This document shows positions 21,609-33,682 of a stretch of DNA of 64,000 nt, piece by piece (position 1 is the stretch's first letter; every line of letters starts with the position of its first letter). The stretch is taken from NCBI RefSeq assembly GCF_056746865.1, contig NZ_CM163382.1, one strand, 5' to 3'. The translations under genes and the position numbers were made by a program. The notes beneath the pieces are model-generated. The model was not told where the DNA came from. It did no database searches and was given only the letters and a program-made list of their open reading frames with translations.

Positions 21609-21649
21609 AGTATTCCTTCATTCCTGAATGTGTAAGAGCTTTATGTTGC

Positions 21650-21991
21650 TCATGCCGAGCGAAACAAACGCATTTGACCAAACAAGCAGACAAAAAAGGC
21701 GATGGGGTAGATCACCATTTCATAAGCATTGATAGGTGCATTTAAAACACCGATAAACAAGAGACCGATAGTGATTAACGCGACTAACTGGCAGATGTGG
21801 GTAAAAAAATTATCCAGTTGCCCGAGTTTTTCTGCGCGAAGATATGCATAGTTACCAAAAGTTGCTGTCATTAACACGCCAAGAAAATAGCCTTTTCCAC
21901 TTAACAATGGGCATGAGATCCATAGCCCAAGCAGATAAACCAGCGCCCCGACAACAAATAATAGTTTTGCCACAGTTTTTGAGGTTTTCAT
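21650..21991 (-). CDS. yiaB: Inner membrane protein YiaB (paralogue of YiaA), 113 aa
   Basis: Translation MKTSKTVAKLLFVVGALVYLLGLWISCPLLSGKGYFLGVL...; ORF track extends to 22033 with 14 extra codons. Confidence 0.85.
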   Translation of the reverse strand: MKTSKTVAKLLFVVGALVYLLGLWISCPLLSGKGYFLGVLMTATFGNYAYLRAEKLGQLDNFFTHICQLVALITIGLLFIGVLNAPINAYEMVIYPIAFFVCLFGQMRLFRSA

Positions 21992-22159
21992 AACGATCTC
22001 CATATCTACCATCGATACATTACGAGTAACCAACGAAAGACAAAACTGAAAAATGCCATTAACAAATGATTTTCAGAATAAATTCATACTAAATATTAAT
22101 TAATTACTGAGATATATAGATGTGAATTATCCCCCACCCGGTCAGGCAGGGGATAACGT

Positions 22160-23614
22160 TTACGCCATTAATGGCAGAAGTTGCTGATAGAGGCGACGGA
22201 ACGTTTCTCGTCGTGGCTGATAAGCGGCATAACGCTGCGCATCTGGTAGATGCGACTGTTCTAACGGCAGTTGCGGCAACAACTCAATGAGCGATTTCTC
22301 TGGATTCGCCGCAATCTGCGCCAGCCTTGCTGCGCCCAGAGCTGGCCCCACATCCCCCCCCGTGCGGTAATCGAGTTGCTGACCGCTGATATCCGCCAGC
22401 ATCTGACGCCAGTACTCACTACGCGCCCCGCCACCAATCAACGTAACACTTTGCGGTTTAATGCCGCAGGCATGCACGACATCCATGCCATCTGCCAGCG
22501 CATAACCCACGCCTTCCAGCACTGCTCGCGCCAGTTCATTGGGGCCATGTTGATGAGTCAAACCAAAGAAAACCCCCTTCGCCTGGGGATTATTGTGTGG
22601 TGTACGCTCGCCGGAAAGATAAGGCAGAAACCAAACTGGCTCGGCACTTTCATCAGCCTGTTGAGCAGCCGCGATTAAAGCTGGGACATTGTTCAGGCCC
22701 GTTAATTTCGCAGCCCAATCCAGACACGACGCTGCACTCAGCATCACAGACATTAAATGCCAACGCTGCGGTAGCGCATGGCAAAAGCTGTGTACGGCGC
22801 TTTCTGGCTTGCTTAAGAACCCTTCGCTGACAGCAAAATAGACCCCCGACGTCCCCAGCGATAACATTGCCTGATTAGCATCAACCATTCCTACACCAAC
22901 CGCACCAGCTGCATTATCACCACCGCCTGCGACAACTGGCACCGCCGCCATACCCCACGCTTTCGCAACTTCAGGTAACAAAGCACCAGTAATTTCGCTG
23001 CCTTCGTATAATGCGGGCATCTGGTCACGAGATAAGTGGCAAGCCTGCAGCATGACGTCACTCCAGTCACGCTTTGCGACATCCAGCCACATGGTGCCAG
23101 CTGCGTCAGACATATCGCTGGCAAACTCCCCCGTCATACGCAGACGCAAGTAATCTTTCGGTAACAATACTTTGTCGATTTGACGGAATATCTCCGGCTC
23201 ATGCCGCTGAACCCATAGCAATTTAGGCGCAGTAAATCCGGGCATCATCAGGTTACCGGAAATCACCCGCGATTGCGGAACTCGCGCTTCCAGCAAAGCG
23301 CACTCTTGCGCACAGCGCCCGTCGTTCCACAAAATGGCAGGGCGTAATAACCGTTGCTGGGCATCCAGTAAGGTTGCACCGTGCATCTGGCCGGCAATAC
23401 CCAATGCTTTAACGTCCTGCAGAGAATGCTGATCGCCCAGGGCTTTCATTGCGCGATCAGTTGCCTGCCACCACTGTTCCGGGTCTTGTTCCGACCAGAG
23501 TGGATGCGGGCGCGAAACGGTCAGCTTTTCCGTTTGCGAAGCAACCACCTCGCCCTGCTCGTTGAGCAAAATAACTTTTACGCCCGAGGTGCCAAGATCT
23601 ATCCCGATATACAT
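22160..23614 (-). CDS. xylB: Xylulokinase
   Basis: Translation MYIGIDLGTSGVKVILLNEQGEVVASQTEKLTVSRPHPLWSEQDPEQWW...; FGGY kinase; 484 aa. Confidence 0.97.
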   Translation of the reverse strand: MYIGIDLGTSGVKVILLNEQGEVVASQTEKLTVSRPHPLWSEQDPEQWWQATDRAMKALGDQHSLQDVKALGIAGQMHGATLLDAQQRLLRPAILWNDGRCAQECALLEARVPQSRVISGNLMMPGFTAPKLLWVQRHEPEIFRQIDKVLLPKDYLRLRMTGEFASDMSDAAGTMWLDVAKRDWSDVMLQACHLSRDQMPALYEGSEITGALLPEVAKAWGMAAVPVVAGGGDNAAGAVGVGMVDANQAMLSLGTSGVYFAVSEGFLSKPESAVHSFCHALPQRWHLMSVMLSAASCLDWAAKLTGLNNVPALIAAAQQADESAEPVWFLPYLSGERTPHNNPQAKGVFFGLTHQHGPNELARAVLEGVGYALADGMDVVHACGIKPQSVTLIGGGARSEYWRQMLADISGQQLDYRTGGDVGPALGAARLAQIAANPEKSLIELLPQLPLEQSHLPDAQRYAAYQPRRETFRRLYQQLLPLMA

Positions 23615-23685
23615 ATCGATCGTTCCTTAAAAAAATGCCCGGTATCGCTACCGATAACCGGGCCAACGGACTGCACAGTTAGCCG

Positions 23686-25008
23686 TTATTTGTCGAACAG
23701 ATAATGGTTTACCAGATTTTCCAGTTGCTCCTGGCGACCACTCTGATGCACCGGAGACAAATTGTGTTCCTGAGCATATTTGGCTAAATCTGCCAGTGAC
23801 ATTTGGCCTTTCAGGATTTGCTGGCCTAATTCGCTATTCCAGCCGGAATAACGCTGCGCGATGCGTTTATCCAGCTCACCATCTTCAATCATGCGTGCTG
23901 CAATTTTCAGCGCCAACGCCATCGTATCCATCGCGCCGATATGACCGTAAAACAGATCATATTTATCAGTACTTTGACGACGTACTTTGGCATCGAAGTT
24001 CAGACCGCCGGTGGTGAAACCGCCTGCTTTGAGAATTTCATACATCACCAACGCATTCTCTTCCACACTGTTCGGGAACTGGTCGGTGTCCCAGCCCAGT
24101 TGTGCATCGCCACGGTTAGCGTCGACAGAACCGAACAGGCCAAGCGCAATGGCGGTGGCTATTTCATGATGGAAAGAGTGACCTGCCAGCGTCGCGTGGT
24201 TAGCTTCAATGTTCAGTTTAATCTCTTTTTCCAGACCAAACTGTTTCAGGAAGCCATACACCGTCGCAGCATCGTAATCATATTGATGTTTAGTCGGTTC
24301 TTGCGGTTTCGGTTCGATAAGCAACGTGCCCTGGAAGCCGATTTTATGTTTATGCTCAACCACCATCTGCATAAAGCGGCCCAGTTGTTCACGCTCCTGA
24401 CGCAGGTCGGTATTTAACAGCGTTTCGTAACCTTCACGACCGCCCCACAGGACATAGTTTTCACCACCCAATTTATGGGTTGCTTCCATCGCTGTAACAA
24501 CTTGAGTTGCCGCCCAACTAAAGACTTCTGGATCTGGGTTCGTCGCAGCACCCGCACCGTAGCGAGGGTTTGTAAAGCAGTTAGCGGTTCCCCACAGCAG
24601 CTTCACGCCGCTCTCTTCTTGCTTGCCTGCCAGGACATCAACCATTTGCGCAAAATTATTGATGTACTCTTTTAACGACGCGCCCTCAGGGGAAACATCC
24701 ACATCGTGGAAGCAATAAAATGGCACATGTAACTTGTGGAAAAACTCAAATGCGACATCTGCTTTACGCTTCGCCAACGCCAGTGCCTCACCAGGCTGCT
24801 GCCACGGACGATTAAACGCCCCCACACCAAACATGTCCGCCCCGTTCCAGCAGAAGGTGTGCCAGTAGCAGGCGGCAAATCGCAAGTGCTCTTCCATACG
24901 CTTGCCCAACACCAGTTCGTCGGGATTATAGTGATGGAATGCTAACGGGTTAGAGGATTTTGAGCCTTCATAACGAACGCGATCGAGCTGGTCAAAATAG
25001 GCTTGCAT
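23686..25008 (-). CDS. xylA: Xylose isomerase, 440 aa
   Basis: Translation [52 protein letters not shown]...; start at internal ATG 25006..25008. Confidence 0.97.
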   Translation of the reverse strand: MQAYFDQLDRVRYEGSKSSNPLAFHHYNPDELVLGKRMEEHLRFAACYWHTFCWNGADMFGVGAFNRPWQQPGEALALAKRKADVAFEFFHKLHVPFYCFHDVDVSPEGASLKEYINNFAQMVDVLAGKQEESGVKLLWGTANCFTNPRYGAGAATNPDPEVFSWAATQVVTAMEATHKLGGENYVLWGGREGYETLLNTDLRQEREQLGRFMQMVVEHKHKIGFQGTLLIEPKPQEPTKHQYDYDAATVYGFLKQFGLEKEIKLNIEANHATLAGHSFHHEIATAIALGLFGSVDANRGDAQLGWDTDQFPNSVEENALVMYEILKAGGFTTGGLNFDAKVRRQSTDKYDLFYGHIGAMDTMALALKIAARMIEDGELDKRIAQRYSGWNSELGQQILKGQMSLADLAKYAQEHNLSPVHQSGRQEQLENLVNHYLFDK

Positions 25009-25373
25009 ATTGAACTCCATAATCAGGTAATGCCGCGGGTGATGGATGATGTCGTAATATTGGGCACTCCCTTTCAGTTGCTCAATTATGTTATTTCACA
25101 CTGCTATTGAGATAATTCACAAGTGTGCGCTCGCTCGCAAAATAAAATGGAATGAGGAAACTGGGTAATTCCTCGAAGAGAAAAATGCAATAAGTACAAT
25201 TGCGCAACAAAAGTAAGATCTCTGTCATAAATCAAGAAATAAACCAAAAATCGTAATCGAAAGATAAAAATCTGTAATTGTTTTCCCCTGTTTAGTTGCT
25301 AAAAATTGGTTACGTTTATCGCGGTGATTGTTACTTATTAAAGCTGTCCTCTACCTACAGAAGGCCCTACACC
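25009..25373. promoter_or_regulatory. Divergent xylAB / xylFGH control region (XylR- and CRP-dependent promoters)
   Basis: AT-rich 365-bp intergenic region between divergently transcribed xylA and xylF; individual sites not resolved by eye. Confidence 0.7.
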
Positions 25374-26366
25374 ATGAAAATAAAGAACATTCTACTCACC
25401 CTTTGCACCTCACTTCTGCTTACCAACGTTGCGGCACACGCCAAAGAAGTCAAAATAGGTATGGCGATTGATGATCTCCGTCTTGAACGCTGGCAAAAAG
25501 ATCGAGATATTTTTGTGAAAAAGGCAGAATCTCTCGGCGCGAAAGTATTTGTACAGTCTGCAAATGGCAATGAAGAAACACAAATGTCGCAGATTGAAAA
25601 CATGATTAACCGGGGCGTCGATGTTCTTGTCATTATTCCGTATAACGGTCAGGTATTAAGTAACGTTGTAAAAGAAGCCAAACAAGAAGGTATTAAAGTA
25701 TTAGCTTACGACCGTATGATTAACGATGCGGATATCGATTTTTATATTTCTTTCGATAACGAAAAAGTCGGTGAACTACAGGCAAAAGCCCTGGTCGATA
25801 TTGTTCCGCAAGGTAATTACTTCCTGATGGGCGGCTCGCCGGTAGATAACAACGCCAAGCTGTTCCGCGCCGGGCAAATGAAAGTGTTAAAACCTTACGT
25901 TGATTCCGGAAAAATTAAAGTCGTTGGTGACCAATGGGTTGATGGCTGGTTACCGGAAAACGCATTGAAAATTATGGAAAACGCGCTAACCGCCAATAAT
26001 AACAAAATTGATGCTGTAGTTGCCTCAAACGATGCCACCGCAGGTGGGGCAATTCAGGCATTAAGCGCGCAAGGTTTATCAGGGAAAGTAGCAATTTCCG
26101 GCCAGGATGCGGATCTCGCAGGTATTAAACGTATTGCTGCCGGTACGCAAACTATGACGGTGTATAAACCTATTACATTGTTGGCAAATACTGCCGCAGA
26201 AATTGCCGTTGAGTTGGGCAATGGTCAGGAACCAAAAGCAGATACCACTCTGAATAATGGTCTGAAAGATGTTCCCTCCCGCCTGCTGACACCGATCGAT
26301 GTGAATAAAAACAACATCAAAGAAACGGTAGTTAAAGACGGATTCCACAAAGAGAGCGAGCTGTAA
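25374..26366 (+). CDS. xylF: D-xylose ABC transporter periplasmic binding protein, 330 aa
   Basis: Translation MKIKNILLTLCTSLLLTNVAAHAKEVKIGMAIDDLRLERWQKDRDIF...; start at ATG 25374. Confidence 0.96.
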   Translation: MKIKNILLTLCTSLLLTNVAAHAKEVKIGMAIDDLRLERWQKDRDIFVKKAESLGAKVFVQSANGNEETQMSQIENMINRGVDVLVIIPYNGQVLSNVVKEAKQEGIKVLAYDRMINDADIDFYISFDNEKVGELQAKALVDIVPQGNYFLMGGSPVDNNAKLFRAGQMKVLKPYVDSGKIKVVGDQWVDGWLPENALKIMENALTANNNKIDAVVASNDATAGGAIQALSAQGLSGKVAISGQDADLAGIKRIAAGTQTMTVYKPITLLANTAAEIAVELGNGQEPKADTTLNNGLKDVPSRLLTPIDVNKNNIKETVVKDGFHKESEL

Positions 26367-26443
26367 GCGTTACGCCCCGGCGAGGAGCGGGGGCGTGATT
26401 TCTCTCCATGCCGCGTGAATGAATTGGCTTAGGTGGAGTCGTT

Positions 26444-27985
26444 ATGCCTTATCTACTTGAAATGAAGAACATTACCAAAACCTTCGGCAGTGTGAAGGCG
26501 ATTGATAACGTCAGCTTGCGGTTGAATGCTGGCGAAATCGTCTCACTCTGTGGGGAAAATGGGTCTGGTAAATCAACGCTGATGAAAGTGCTGTGTGGTA
26601 TTTACCCCCATGGCTCCTACGAAGGCGAAATTATTTTTGCGGGAGAAGAGATTCAGGCGAGTCACATCCGCGATACCGAACGCAAAGGTATCGCCATCAT
26701 TCACCAGGAATTGGCCCTGGTGAAAGAATTGACCGTGCTGGAAAATATCTTCCTGGGTAACGAAATAACCCACAATGGCATTATGGATTATGACCTGATG
26801 ACGCTACGCTGTCAGAAGCTGCTCGCACAGGTCAGTTTATCCATTTCACCTGATACCCGCGTTGGCGATTTAGGGCTTGGGCAACAACAACTGGTTGAAA
26901 TTGCCAAGGCACTTAATAAACAGGTGCGTTTGTTAATTCTCGATGAACCGACAGCCTCATTAACTGAGCAGGAAACGTCGATTTTACTGGATATTATTCG
27001 CGATCTGCAACAGCACGGTATCGCCTGTATTTATATTTCGCACAAACTCAACGAAGTCAAAGCGATTTCCGATACGATTTGCGTTATTCGCGACGGTCAG
27101 CACATTGGTACGCGTGATGCTGCCGGAATGAGTGAAGACGATATTATCACCATGATGGTCGGGCGAGAGTTAACCGCGCTTTACCCTAATGAACCACATA
27201 CCACCGGAGATGAAATATTACGTATTGAACATCTGACGGCATGGCATCCGGTTAATCGTCATATTAAACGAGTTAATGATGTCTCGTTTTCCCTGAAACG
27301 TGGCGAAATATTAGGTATTGCCGGACTCGTTGGTGCCGGACGTACAGAGACCATTCAGTGCCTGTTTGGCGTGTGGCCCGGACAATGGGAAGGAAAAATT
27401 TATATTGATGGCAAACAGGTAGATATTCGTAATTGTCAGCAAGCCATCGCCCAGGGGATTGCGATGGTCCCCGAAGACAGAAAGCGCGACGGTATCGTTC
27501 CGGTAATGGCGGTTGGTAAAAATATTACCCTCGCCGCACTCAATAAATTTACCGGCGGTATTAGCCAGCTTGATGACGCGGCAGAGCAAAAATGTATTCT
27601 GGAATCAATCCAGCAACTCAAAGTTAAAACGTCGTCCCCCGACCTTGCTATTGGACGTTTGAGCGGCGGTAATCAGCAAAAAGCGATCCTCGCTCGCTGC
27701 CTGTTACTCAACCCGCGCATTCTCATTCTTGATGAGCCTACCAGGGGTATCGATATTGGCGCGAAATACGAGATCTACAAATTAATTAACCAACTCGTCC
27801 AGCAGGGTATTGCCGTTATTGTCATCTCTTCCGAATTACCTGAAGTGCTCGGCCTTAGCGATCGTGTACTGGTGATGCATGAAGGGAAACTAAAAGCCAA
27901 CCTGATAAATCATAACCTGACTCAGGAGCAGGTGATGGAAGCCGCATTGAGGAGCGAACATCATGTCGAAAAGCAATCCGTCTGA
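26444..27985 (+). CDS. xylG: D-xylose ABC transporter ATP-binding protein (tandem ABC domains)
   Basis: Translation [48 protein letters not shown]...; two Walker A motifs. Confidence 0.97.
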   Translation: MPYLLEMKNITKTFGSVKAIDNVSLRLNAGEIVSLCGENGSGKSTLMKVLCGIYPHGSYEGEIIFAGEEIQASHIRDTERKGIAIIHQELALVKELTVLENIFLGNEITHNGIMDYDLMTLRCQKLLAQVSLSISPDTRVGDLGLGQQQLVEIAKALNKQVRLLILDEPTASLTEQETSILLDIIRDLQQHGIACIYISHKLNEVKAISDTICVIRDGQHIGTRDAAGMSEDDIITMMVGRELTALYPNEPHTTGDEILRIEHLTAWHPVNRHIKRVNDVSFSLKRGEILGIAGLVGAGRTETIQCLFGVWPGQWEGKIYIDGKQVDIRNCQQAIAQGIAMVPEDRKRDGIVPVMAVGKNITLAALNKFTGGISQLDDAAEQKCILESIQQLKVKTSSPDLAIGRLSGGNQQKAILARCLLLNPRILILDEPTRGIDIGAKYEIYKLINQLVQQGIAVIVISSELPEVLGLSDRVLVMHEGKLKANLINHNLTQEQVMEAALRSEHHVEKQSV

Positions 27986-29144
27986 AGTGAAATTGGCCGT
28001 ACCGACATCCGGTGGCTTTTCCGGGTTGAAGTCACTGAATTTGCAGGTCTTCGTGATGATTGCAGCTATCATCGCAATCATGCTGTTCTTTACCTGGACC
28101 ACCGATGGTGCCTACTTAAGCGCTCGTAACGTCTCCAACCTGTTACGCCAGACCGCGATTACCGGCATCCTCGCGGTAGGAATGGTGTTCGTCATAATTT
28201 CTGCTGAAATCGACCTTTCCGTCGGCTCAATGATGGGGCTATTAGGTGGCGTCGCGGCGATTTGTGACGTCTGGCTAGGCTGGCCTTTGCCACTTACCAT
28301 CATTGTGACGTTGGTTCTGGGACTGCTTCTCGGTGCCTGGAACGGATGGTGGGTCGCGTACCGCAAAGTCCCTTCATTTATTGTCACCCTCGCGGGCATG
28401 TTGGCATTTCGCGGCATACTCATTGGCATCACCAACGGCACGACTGTTTCCCCCACCAGCGCCGCGATGTCACAAATCGGGCAAAGCTATCTACCCGCCA
28501 GCACCGGCTTCATCATTGGCGCGCTTGGCTTAATGGCTTTTGTTGGCTGGCAATGGCGCGGAAGAATGCGCCGTCAGGCTTTGGGTTTGCAGTCTCCGAC
28601 CTCTACCGCAGTTGTCGGTCGCCAGGCATTAACGGCGATTATCGTCTTAGGCGCAATCTGGCTGTTGAACGATTACCGTGGCGTTCCCACTCCTGTTCTG
28701 CTGCTGACGTTGCTGTTACTCGGCGGAATGTTTATGGCAACGCGGACGGCATTTGGACGACGCATTTATGCCATCGGCGGCAATCTGGAAGCAGCACGTC
28801 TCTCCGGGATTAACGTTGAACGCACCAAACTTGCCGTATTCGCTATTAACGGATTAATGGTCGCTATCGCCGGATTAATCCTCAGTTCTCGACTTGGCGC
28901 TGGTTCACCTTCTGCGGGAAATATCGCCGAACTGGACGCAATTGCCGCATGTGTGATTGGCGGCACCAGTCTGGCAGGCGGCGTCGGGAGCGTGGCCGGA
29001 GCGGTAATGGGGGCATTCATCATGGCTTCACTGGATAACGGCATGAGCATGATGGATGTACCGACCTTCTGGCAGTATATCGTTAAAGGTGCGATTCTGT
29101 TGCTGGCAGTATGGATGGACTCCGCAACCAAACGCCGTTCTTGA
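27963..29144 (+). CDS. xylH: D-xylose ABC transporter permease
   Basis: Translation [45 protein letters not shown]...; overlaps xylG 3' end by 23 bp. Confidence 0.96.
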   Translation: MSKSNPSEVKLAVPTSGGFSGLKSLNLQVFVMIAAIIAIMLFFTWTTDGAYLSARNVSNLLRQTAITGILAVGMVFVIISAEIDLSVGSMMGLLGGVAAICDVWLGWPLPLTIIVTLVLGLLLGAWNGWWVAYRKVPSFIVTLAGMLAFRGILIGITNGTTVSPTSAAMSQIGQSYLPASTGFIIGALGLMAFVGWQWRGRMRRQALGLQSPTSTAVVGRQALTAIIVLGAIWLLNDYRGVPTPVLLLTLLLLGGMFMATRTAFGRRIYAIGGNLEAARLSGINVERTKLAVFAINGLMVAIAGLILSSRLGAGSPSAGNIAELDAIAACVIGGTSLAGGVGSVAGAVMGAFIMASLDNGMSMMDVPTFWQYIVKGAILLLAVWMDSATKRRS

Positions 29145-29221
29145 TTTTGATAAAAATTTTCTCAAAGCCGGTAACGTATTACCGGTTTTGAGTTTTTGCA
29201 TGATTCAGCAGGAAAAGAACC

Positions 29222-30400
29222 ATGTTTACTAAACGTCACCGCATCACATTACTGTTCAATGCCAATAAAGCCTATGACCGGCAGGTAGTAGAAGGCGTAG
29301 GGGAATATTTACAGGCGTCACAATCGGAATGGGATATTTTCATTGAAGAAGATTTCCGCGCCCGCATTGATAAAATCAAGGACTGGTTAGGAGATGGCGT
29401 CATTGCCGACTTCGACGACAAACAGATCGAGCAAGCGCTGGCTGATGTCGACGTCCCCATTGTTGGGGTTGGCGGCTCGTATCACCTTGCCGAAAGTTAC
29501 CCACCCGTTCATTACATTGCCACCGATAACTATGCGCTGGTTGAAAGCGCATTTTTGCATTTAAAAGAGAAAGGCGTTAACCGCTTTGCTTTTTATGGTC
29601 TTCCGGAATCAAGCGGTAAACGTTGGGCCACTGAACGCGAATATGCATTTCGTCAGCTTGTCGCCGAAGAAAAGTATCGCGGAGTGGTTTATCAGGGATT
29701 AGAAACCGCGCCAGAGAACTGGCAACACGCGCAAAATCGGCTGGCAGACTGGCTACAAACGCTCCCACCGCAAACCGGAATTATTGCCGTTACTGACGCC
29801 CGGGCGCGGCATATTCTGCAAGTATGTGAACATCTACATATTCCCGTACCGGAAAAATTATGCGTGATTGGCATCGATAACGAAGAACTGACCCGCTATC
29901 TGTCGCGTGTCGCCCTTTCTTCGGTCGCTCAGGGCGCACGGCAAATGGGCTATCAGGCGGCAAAACTATTGCATCGATTATTAGATAAAGAAGAAATGCC
30001 GCTACAGCGGATTTTGGTCCCGCCAGTTCGCGTCATTGAACGGCGCTCAACAGATTACCGCTCGCTGACCGATCCCGCCGTTATTCAGGCCATGCATTAC
30101 ATTCGTAATCACGCCTGTAAAGGGATTAAAGTGGATCAGGTACTGGATGCGGTCGGGATCTCGCGCTCCAATCTTGAGAAGCGTTTTAAAGAAGAGGTGG
30201 GTGAAACCATCCATGCCATGATTCATGCCGAGAAGCTGGAGAAAGCGCGCAGTCTGCTGATTTCAACCACCTTGTCGATCAATGAGATATCGCAAATGTG
30301 CGGTTATCCATCGCTGCAATATTTCTACTCTGTTTTTAAAAAAGCATATGACACGACGCCAAAAGAGTATCGCGATGTAAATAGCGAGGTCATGTTGTAG
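29222..30400 (+). CDS. xylR: Xylose operon transcriptional activator XylR (periplasmic-binding-like domain plus AraC HTH)
   Basis: Translation MFTKRHRITLLFNANKAYDRQVVEGVGEYLQASQSEWDIFIEEDF...; 392 aa. Confidence 0.96.
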   Translation: MFTKRHRITLLFNANKAYDRQVVEGVGEYLQASQSEWDIFIEEDFRARIDKIKDWLGDGVIADFDDKQIEQALADVDVPIVGVGGSYHLAESYPPVHYIATDNYALVESAFLHLKEKGVNRFAFYGLPESSGKRWATEREYAFRQLVAEEKYRGVVYQGLETAPENWQHAQNRLADWLQTLPPQTGIIAVTDARARHILQVCEHLHIPVPEKLCVIGIDNEELTRYLSRVALSSVAQGARQMGYQAAKLLHRLLDKEEMPLQRILVPPVRVIERRSTDYRSLTDPAVIQAMHYIRNHACKGIKVDQVLDAVGISRSNLEKRFKEEVGETIHAMIHAEKLEKARSLLISTTLSINEISQMCGYPSLQYFYSVFKKAYDTTPKEYRDVNSEVML

Positions 30401-30507
30401 CGATGATGAGAATTGTCGACGTAGCATCAGGGAACTCAGCACAGCCACCTGATGCGAGCAAAAGCCTTATCCGACAGACAAATCGGATAAGGCTCGAGGA
30501 AATGCAA

Positions 30508-31332
30508 TTACATATGTGCCGCGATTAACCGTTGGTTATCCTGGTACATTGCGAACAGGTAGTTGTTATAACTCTTCCCTTTGGTCGAGTAGCCCTTCAG
30601 CTTGTGAATCATCGCTGTGGCAGTCACTTCCTGATCTGCTTTACGCAGCTGTGCACGCGATTTACGGAACGAAGAGTAAGCCGGATGCGTATTCAGGTTA
30701 GTAACATAGGCGCTCACCGATTCTTTGACAGAACTAAACTGTGAGTACCCCTTCACTTTACCCGGCGCATTAGTACAACGTCCTTTCATGCATTTCATGC
30801 CGAACAGATTGTTGTTGTTGCGCGCCAGCTTCGACGTTCCCCAACCGCTTTCTGCTGCAGCCATCGTCGCTACCATACTGGTGGGGATAATGTCTACGCG
30901 TTCAAGCAAGGTATTCCACGGGATTTTTCGCGTATTACCAGACCACTTCACCTTGTAGCGTTTGGCGATGTCTTTCAGACGCGCACGCTCAGCAGGTGAC
31001 CATTGGCCCTGATACTGTTTTGAAATGAGCCAGTTACGTTCCGCAGTAATGGCCGCATTTTGGCTGGTAATGTAAGGCATTACAGTCCGGAGAAACGCCT
31101 TTTTCCTTGGTGTTCCGGAAGGGTATTTTCGCAAATCAGGAAGTGAACTACTCTTTGCACTATTGCGAGAATACTCTTGTTTACTGCTTACCTGTTTATT
31201 ACTAGCTTTAGTTAAGTGGGACTTTTGACTCGCTGTTGTTGTGTGCGTCTTCGCTAACACCTCACTCGAAAACACCAGAGTGAGTAACATAAGAATCATC
31301 GCCCCATATCGTCGTATGGGAGTCAAAATCAT
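30508..31332 (-). CDS. bax: Bax protein (putative glucosaminidase, FlgJ-like domain)
   Basis: Translation MILTPIRRYGAMILMLLTLVFSSEVLAKTHTTTASQKSHL...MVATMAAAESGWGTS...NLFGMKC. Confidence 0.9.
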   Translation of the reverse strand: MILTPIRRYGAMILMLLTLVFSSEVLAKTHTTTASQKSHLTKASNKQVSSKQEYSRNSAKSSSLPDLRKYPSGTPRKKAFLRTVMPYITSQNAAITAERNWLISKQYQGQWSPAERARLKDIAKRYKVKWSGNTRKIPWNTLLERVDIIPTSMVATMAAAESGWGTSKLARNNNNLFGMKCMKGRCTNAPGKVKGYSQFSSVKESVSAYVTNLNTHPAYSSFRKSRAQLRKADQEVTATAMIHKLKGYSTKGKSYNNYLFAMYQDNQRLIAAHM

Positions 31333-31560
31333 CAGGTCTCCTGGTCGGATTTAATCATTCCAACACCTTATATTTTTTACAAATTTGAGAGTTGAATCTC
31401 AAATCATATCAAAAATAGCTGTCAAGAGCACCCCAAGGAATAGTCCAAATCTGAAACTATGTCACGAGTTAACGATTCAGATTGGCGCTAAATCGCAGAA
31501 AATGTGGGGTTTATCGCAAAATTCAGCCGTTTTTTGCGCGCGATCGCTCACCCTTGCTTC

Positions 31561-31590
31561 TCATCCTGTGGACTTACCGCTCAGGGATGA
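31561..31590 (+). promoter_or_regulatory. Candidate MalT boxes (GGATGA in inverted orientation at 31561..31566 and 31585..31590) upstream of malS
   Basis: Hexamers matching MalT box consensus GGA(T/G)GA read 60-90 bp upstream of malS ATG; MalT dependence of malS is established knowledge. Confidence 0.45.
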
Positions 31591-31651
31591 GTTTTGTCTG
31601 GCTTATCGCTGGCAAACTGTCTGAAATCGCAGCAATAAGGACTCATCCGCC

Positions 31652-33682
31652 ATGAAACTCGCCGCCTGTTTTCTGACACTCCTTCCTGGCTTCGCCGTTG
31701 CCGCCAGCTGGACTTCTCCGGGGTTTCCCGCCTTTAGCGAACAGGGGACGGGAACATTTGTCAGCCACGCGCAGTTGCCCAAAGGTACGCGTCCACTAAC
31801 GCTAAATTTTGACCAACAGTGCTGGCAGCCTGCGGATGCGATAAAACTCAATCAGATGCTTTCCCTGCAACCTTGTAGCAACACGCCGCCTCAATGGCGA
31901 TTGTTCAGGGACGGCGAATATACGCTGCAACTAGACACCCGCTCCGGTACACCAACATTGATGATTTCCATCCAGAACGCCGTCGAACCGGTAGCAAGCC
32001 TGGTCCGTGAATGCCCGATATGGGATGGATTACCGCTCACACTGGATGTCAGCGCCACTTTTCCGGAGGGAGCCGCAGTCCGGGATTATTACAGCCAGCA
32101 AATTGCGATCGTGAAGAACGGTCAAATAACGTTACAACCCGCTGCCACCAGCAACGGTTTACTCCTGCTGGAACGGGCGGAAACTGACGCCCCTGCCCCT
32201 TTCGACTGGCATAACGCCACGGTTTACTTTGTGCTGACAGATCGTTTCGAAAACGGCGATCCCAGTAATGACCAGAGTTACGGACGTCATAAAGACGGTA
32301 TGGCAGAAATTGGCACTTTTCACGGCGGCGATTTACGCGGCCTGACCAACAAACTGGATTACCTCCAGCAGCTGGGCGTCAATGCTTTATGGATAAGTGC
32401 CCCATTTGAGCAAATTCACGGCTGGGTCGGCGGCGGTACAAAAGGCGATTTCCCGCATTATGCCTACCACGGTTATTACACACAGGACTGGACGAATCTT
32501 GATGCCAATATGGGCAGTGAAGCCGATCTACGGACACTGGTTGATAGCGCGCATCAGCGCGGTATTCGTATTCTCTTTGATGTCGTGATGAACCACACCG
32601 GCTATGCCACACTGGCGGATATGCAGGAGTATCAGTTTGGCGCGTTATATCTTTCTGGTGACGAAGTGAAAAAAACGTTGGGTGAACGCTGGAGCGACTG
32701 GAAACCTGCCGCCGGGCAAACCTGGCATAGCTTTAACGATTACATTAATTTCAGCGACAAAACAGGCTGGGATAAATGGTGGGGAAAAAACTGGATCAGA
32801 ACCGATATCGGCGATTACGACAATCCTGGATTCGACGATCTCACTATGTCGCTGGCCTTTTTGCCGGATATCAAAACCGAATCAACGACCGCTTCTGGTC
32901 TGCCAGTGTTCTATAAAAACAAAACGGATACCCACGCTAAAGTCATCGACGGCTTTACCCCTCGCGATTACTTAACCCACTGGTTAAGTCAGTGGGTCCG
33001 CGACTATGGGATTGATGGTTTTCGGGTCGACACCGCCAAACATGTTGAGTTGCCCGCCTGGCAGCAACTGAAAACCGAAGCCAGCGCCGCGCTTCGCGAA
33101 TGGAAAAAAGCTAACCCCGACAAAGCATTAGATGACAAACCTTTCTGGATGACCGGTGAAGCCTGGGGCCACGGCGTGATGCAAAGTGACTACTATCGCC
33201 ACGGCTTCGATGCGATGATCAATTTCGATTATCAGGAGCAGGCGGCTAAAGCAGTCGATTGTCTGGCGCAGATGGATACGACCTGGCAGCAAATGGCGGA
33301 GAAATTGCAGGATTTCAACGTGTTGAGCTACCTCTCGTCGCATGATACCCGCCTGTTCCGTGAAGGGGGCGACAAAGCAGCAGAGTTATTATTATTAGCG
33401 CCAGGCGCGGTACAAATCTTTTATGGTGATGAATCCTCGCGTCCGTTCGGCCCCACCGGTTCGGATCCGCTGCAAGGTACGCGTTCGGATATGAACTGGC
33501 AGGATGTTAGCGGTAAATCTGCCGCCAGCGTCGCGCACTGGCAGAAAATCAGCCAGTTCCGCGCCCGCCATCCCGCAATTGGCGCGGGCAAACAAACGAC
33601 ACTTTCGCTGAAGCAGGGCTACGGCTTTGTTCGTGAGCATGGCGACGATAAAGTGCTGGTCATCTGGGCTGGGCAACAGTGA
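31652..33682 (+). CDS. malS: Periplasmic alpha-amylase MalS (GH13)
   Basis: Translation MKLAACFLTLLPGFAVAASWTSPGFPAFSEQGTGTFVSHAQL...FDVVMNHTGY...GFRVDTAKH; 676 aa. Confidence 0.97.
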   Translation: MKLAACFLTLLPGFAVAASWTSPGFPAFSEQGTGTFVSHAQLPKGTRPLTLNFDQQCWQPADAIKLNQMLSLQPCSNTPPQWRLFRDGEYTLQLDTRSGTPTLMISIQNAVEPVASLVRECPIWDGLPLTLDVSATFPEGAAVRDYYSQQIAIVKNGQITLQPAATSNGLLLLERAETDAPAPFDWHNATVYFVLTDRFENGDPSNDQSYGRHKDGMAEIGTFHGGDLRGLTNKLDYLQQLGVNALWISAPFEQIHGWVGGGTKGDFPHYAYHGYYTQDWTNLDANMGSEADLRTLVDSAHQRGIRILFDVVMNHTGYATLADMQEYQFGALYLSGDEVKKTLGERWSDWKPAAGQTWHSFNDYINFSDKTGWDKWWGKNWIRTDIGDYDNPGFDDLTMSLAFLPDIKTESTTASGLPVFYKNKTDTHAKVIDGFTPRDYLTHWLSQWVRDYGIDGFRVDTAKHVELPAWQQLKTEASAALREWKKANPDKALDDKPFWMTGEAWGHGVMQSDYYRHGFDAMINFDYQEQAAKAVDCLAQMDTTWQQMAEKLQDFNVLSYLSSHDTRLFREGGDKAAELLLLAPGAVQIFYGDESSRPFGPTGSDPLQGTRSDMNWQDVSGKSAASVAHWQKISQFRARHPAIGAGKQTTLSLKQGYGFVREHGDDKVLVIWAGQQ

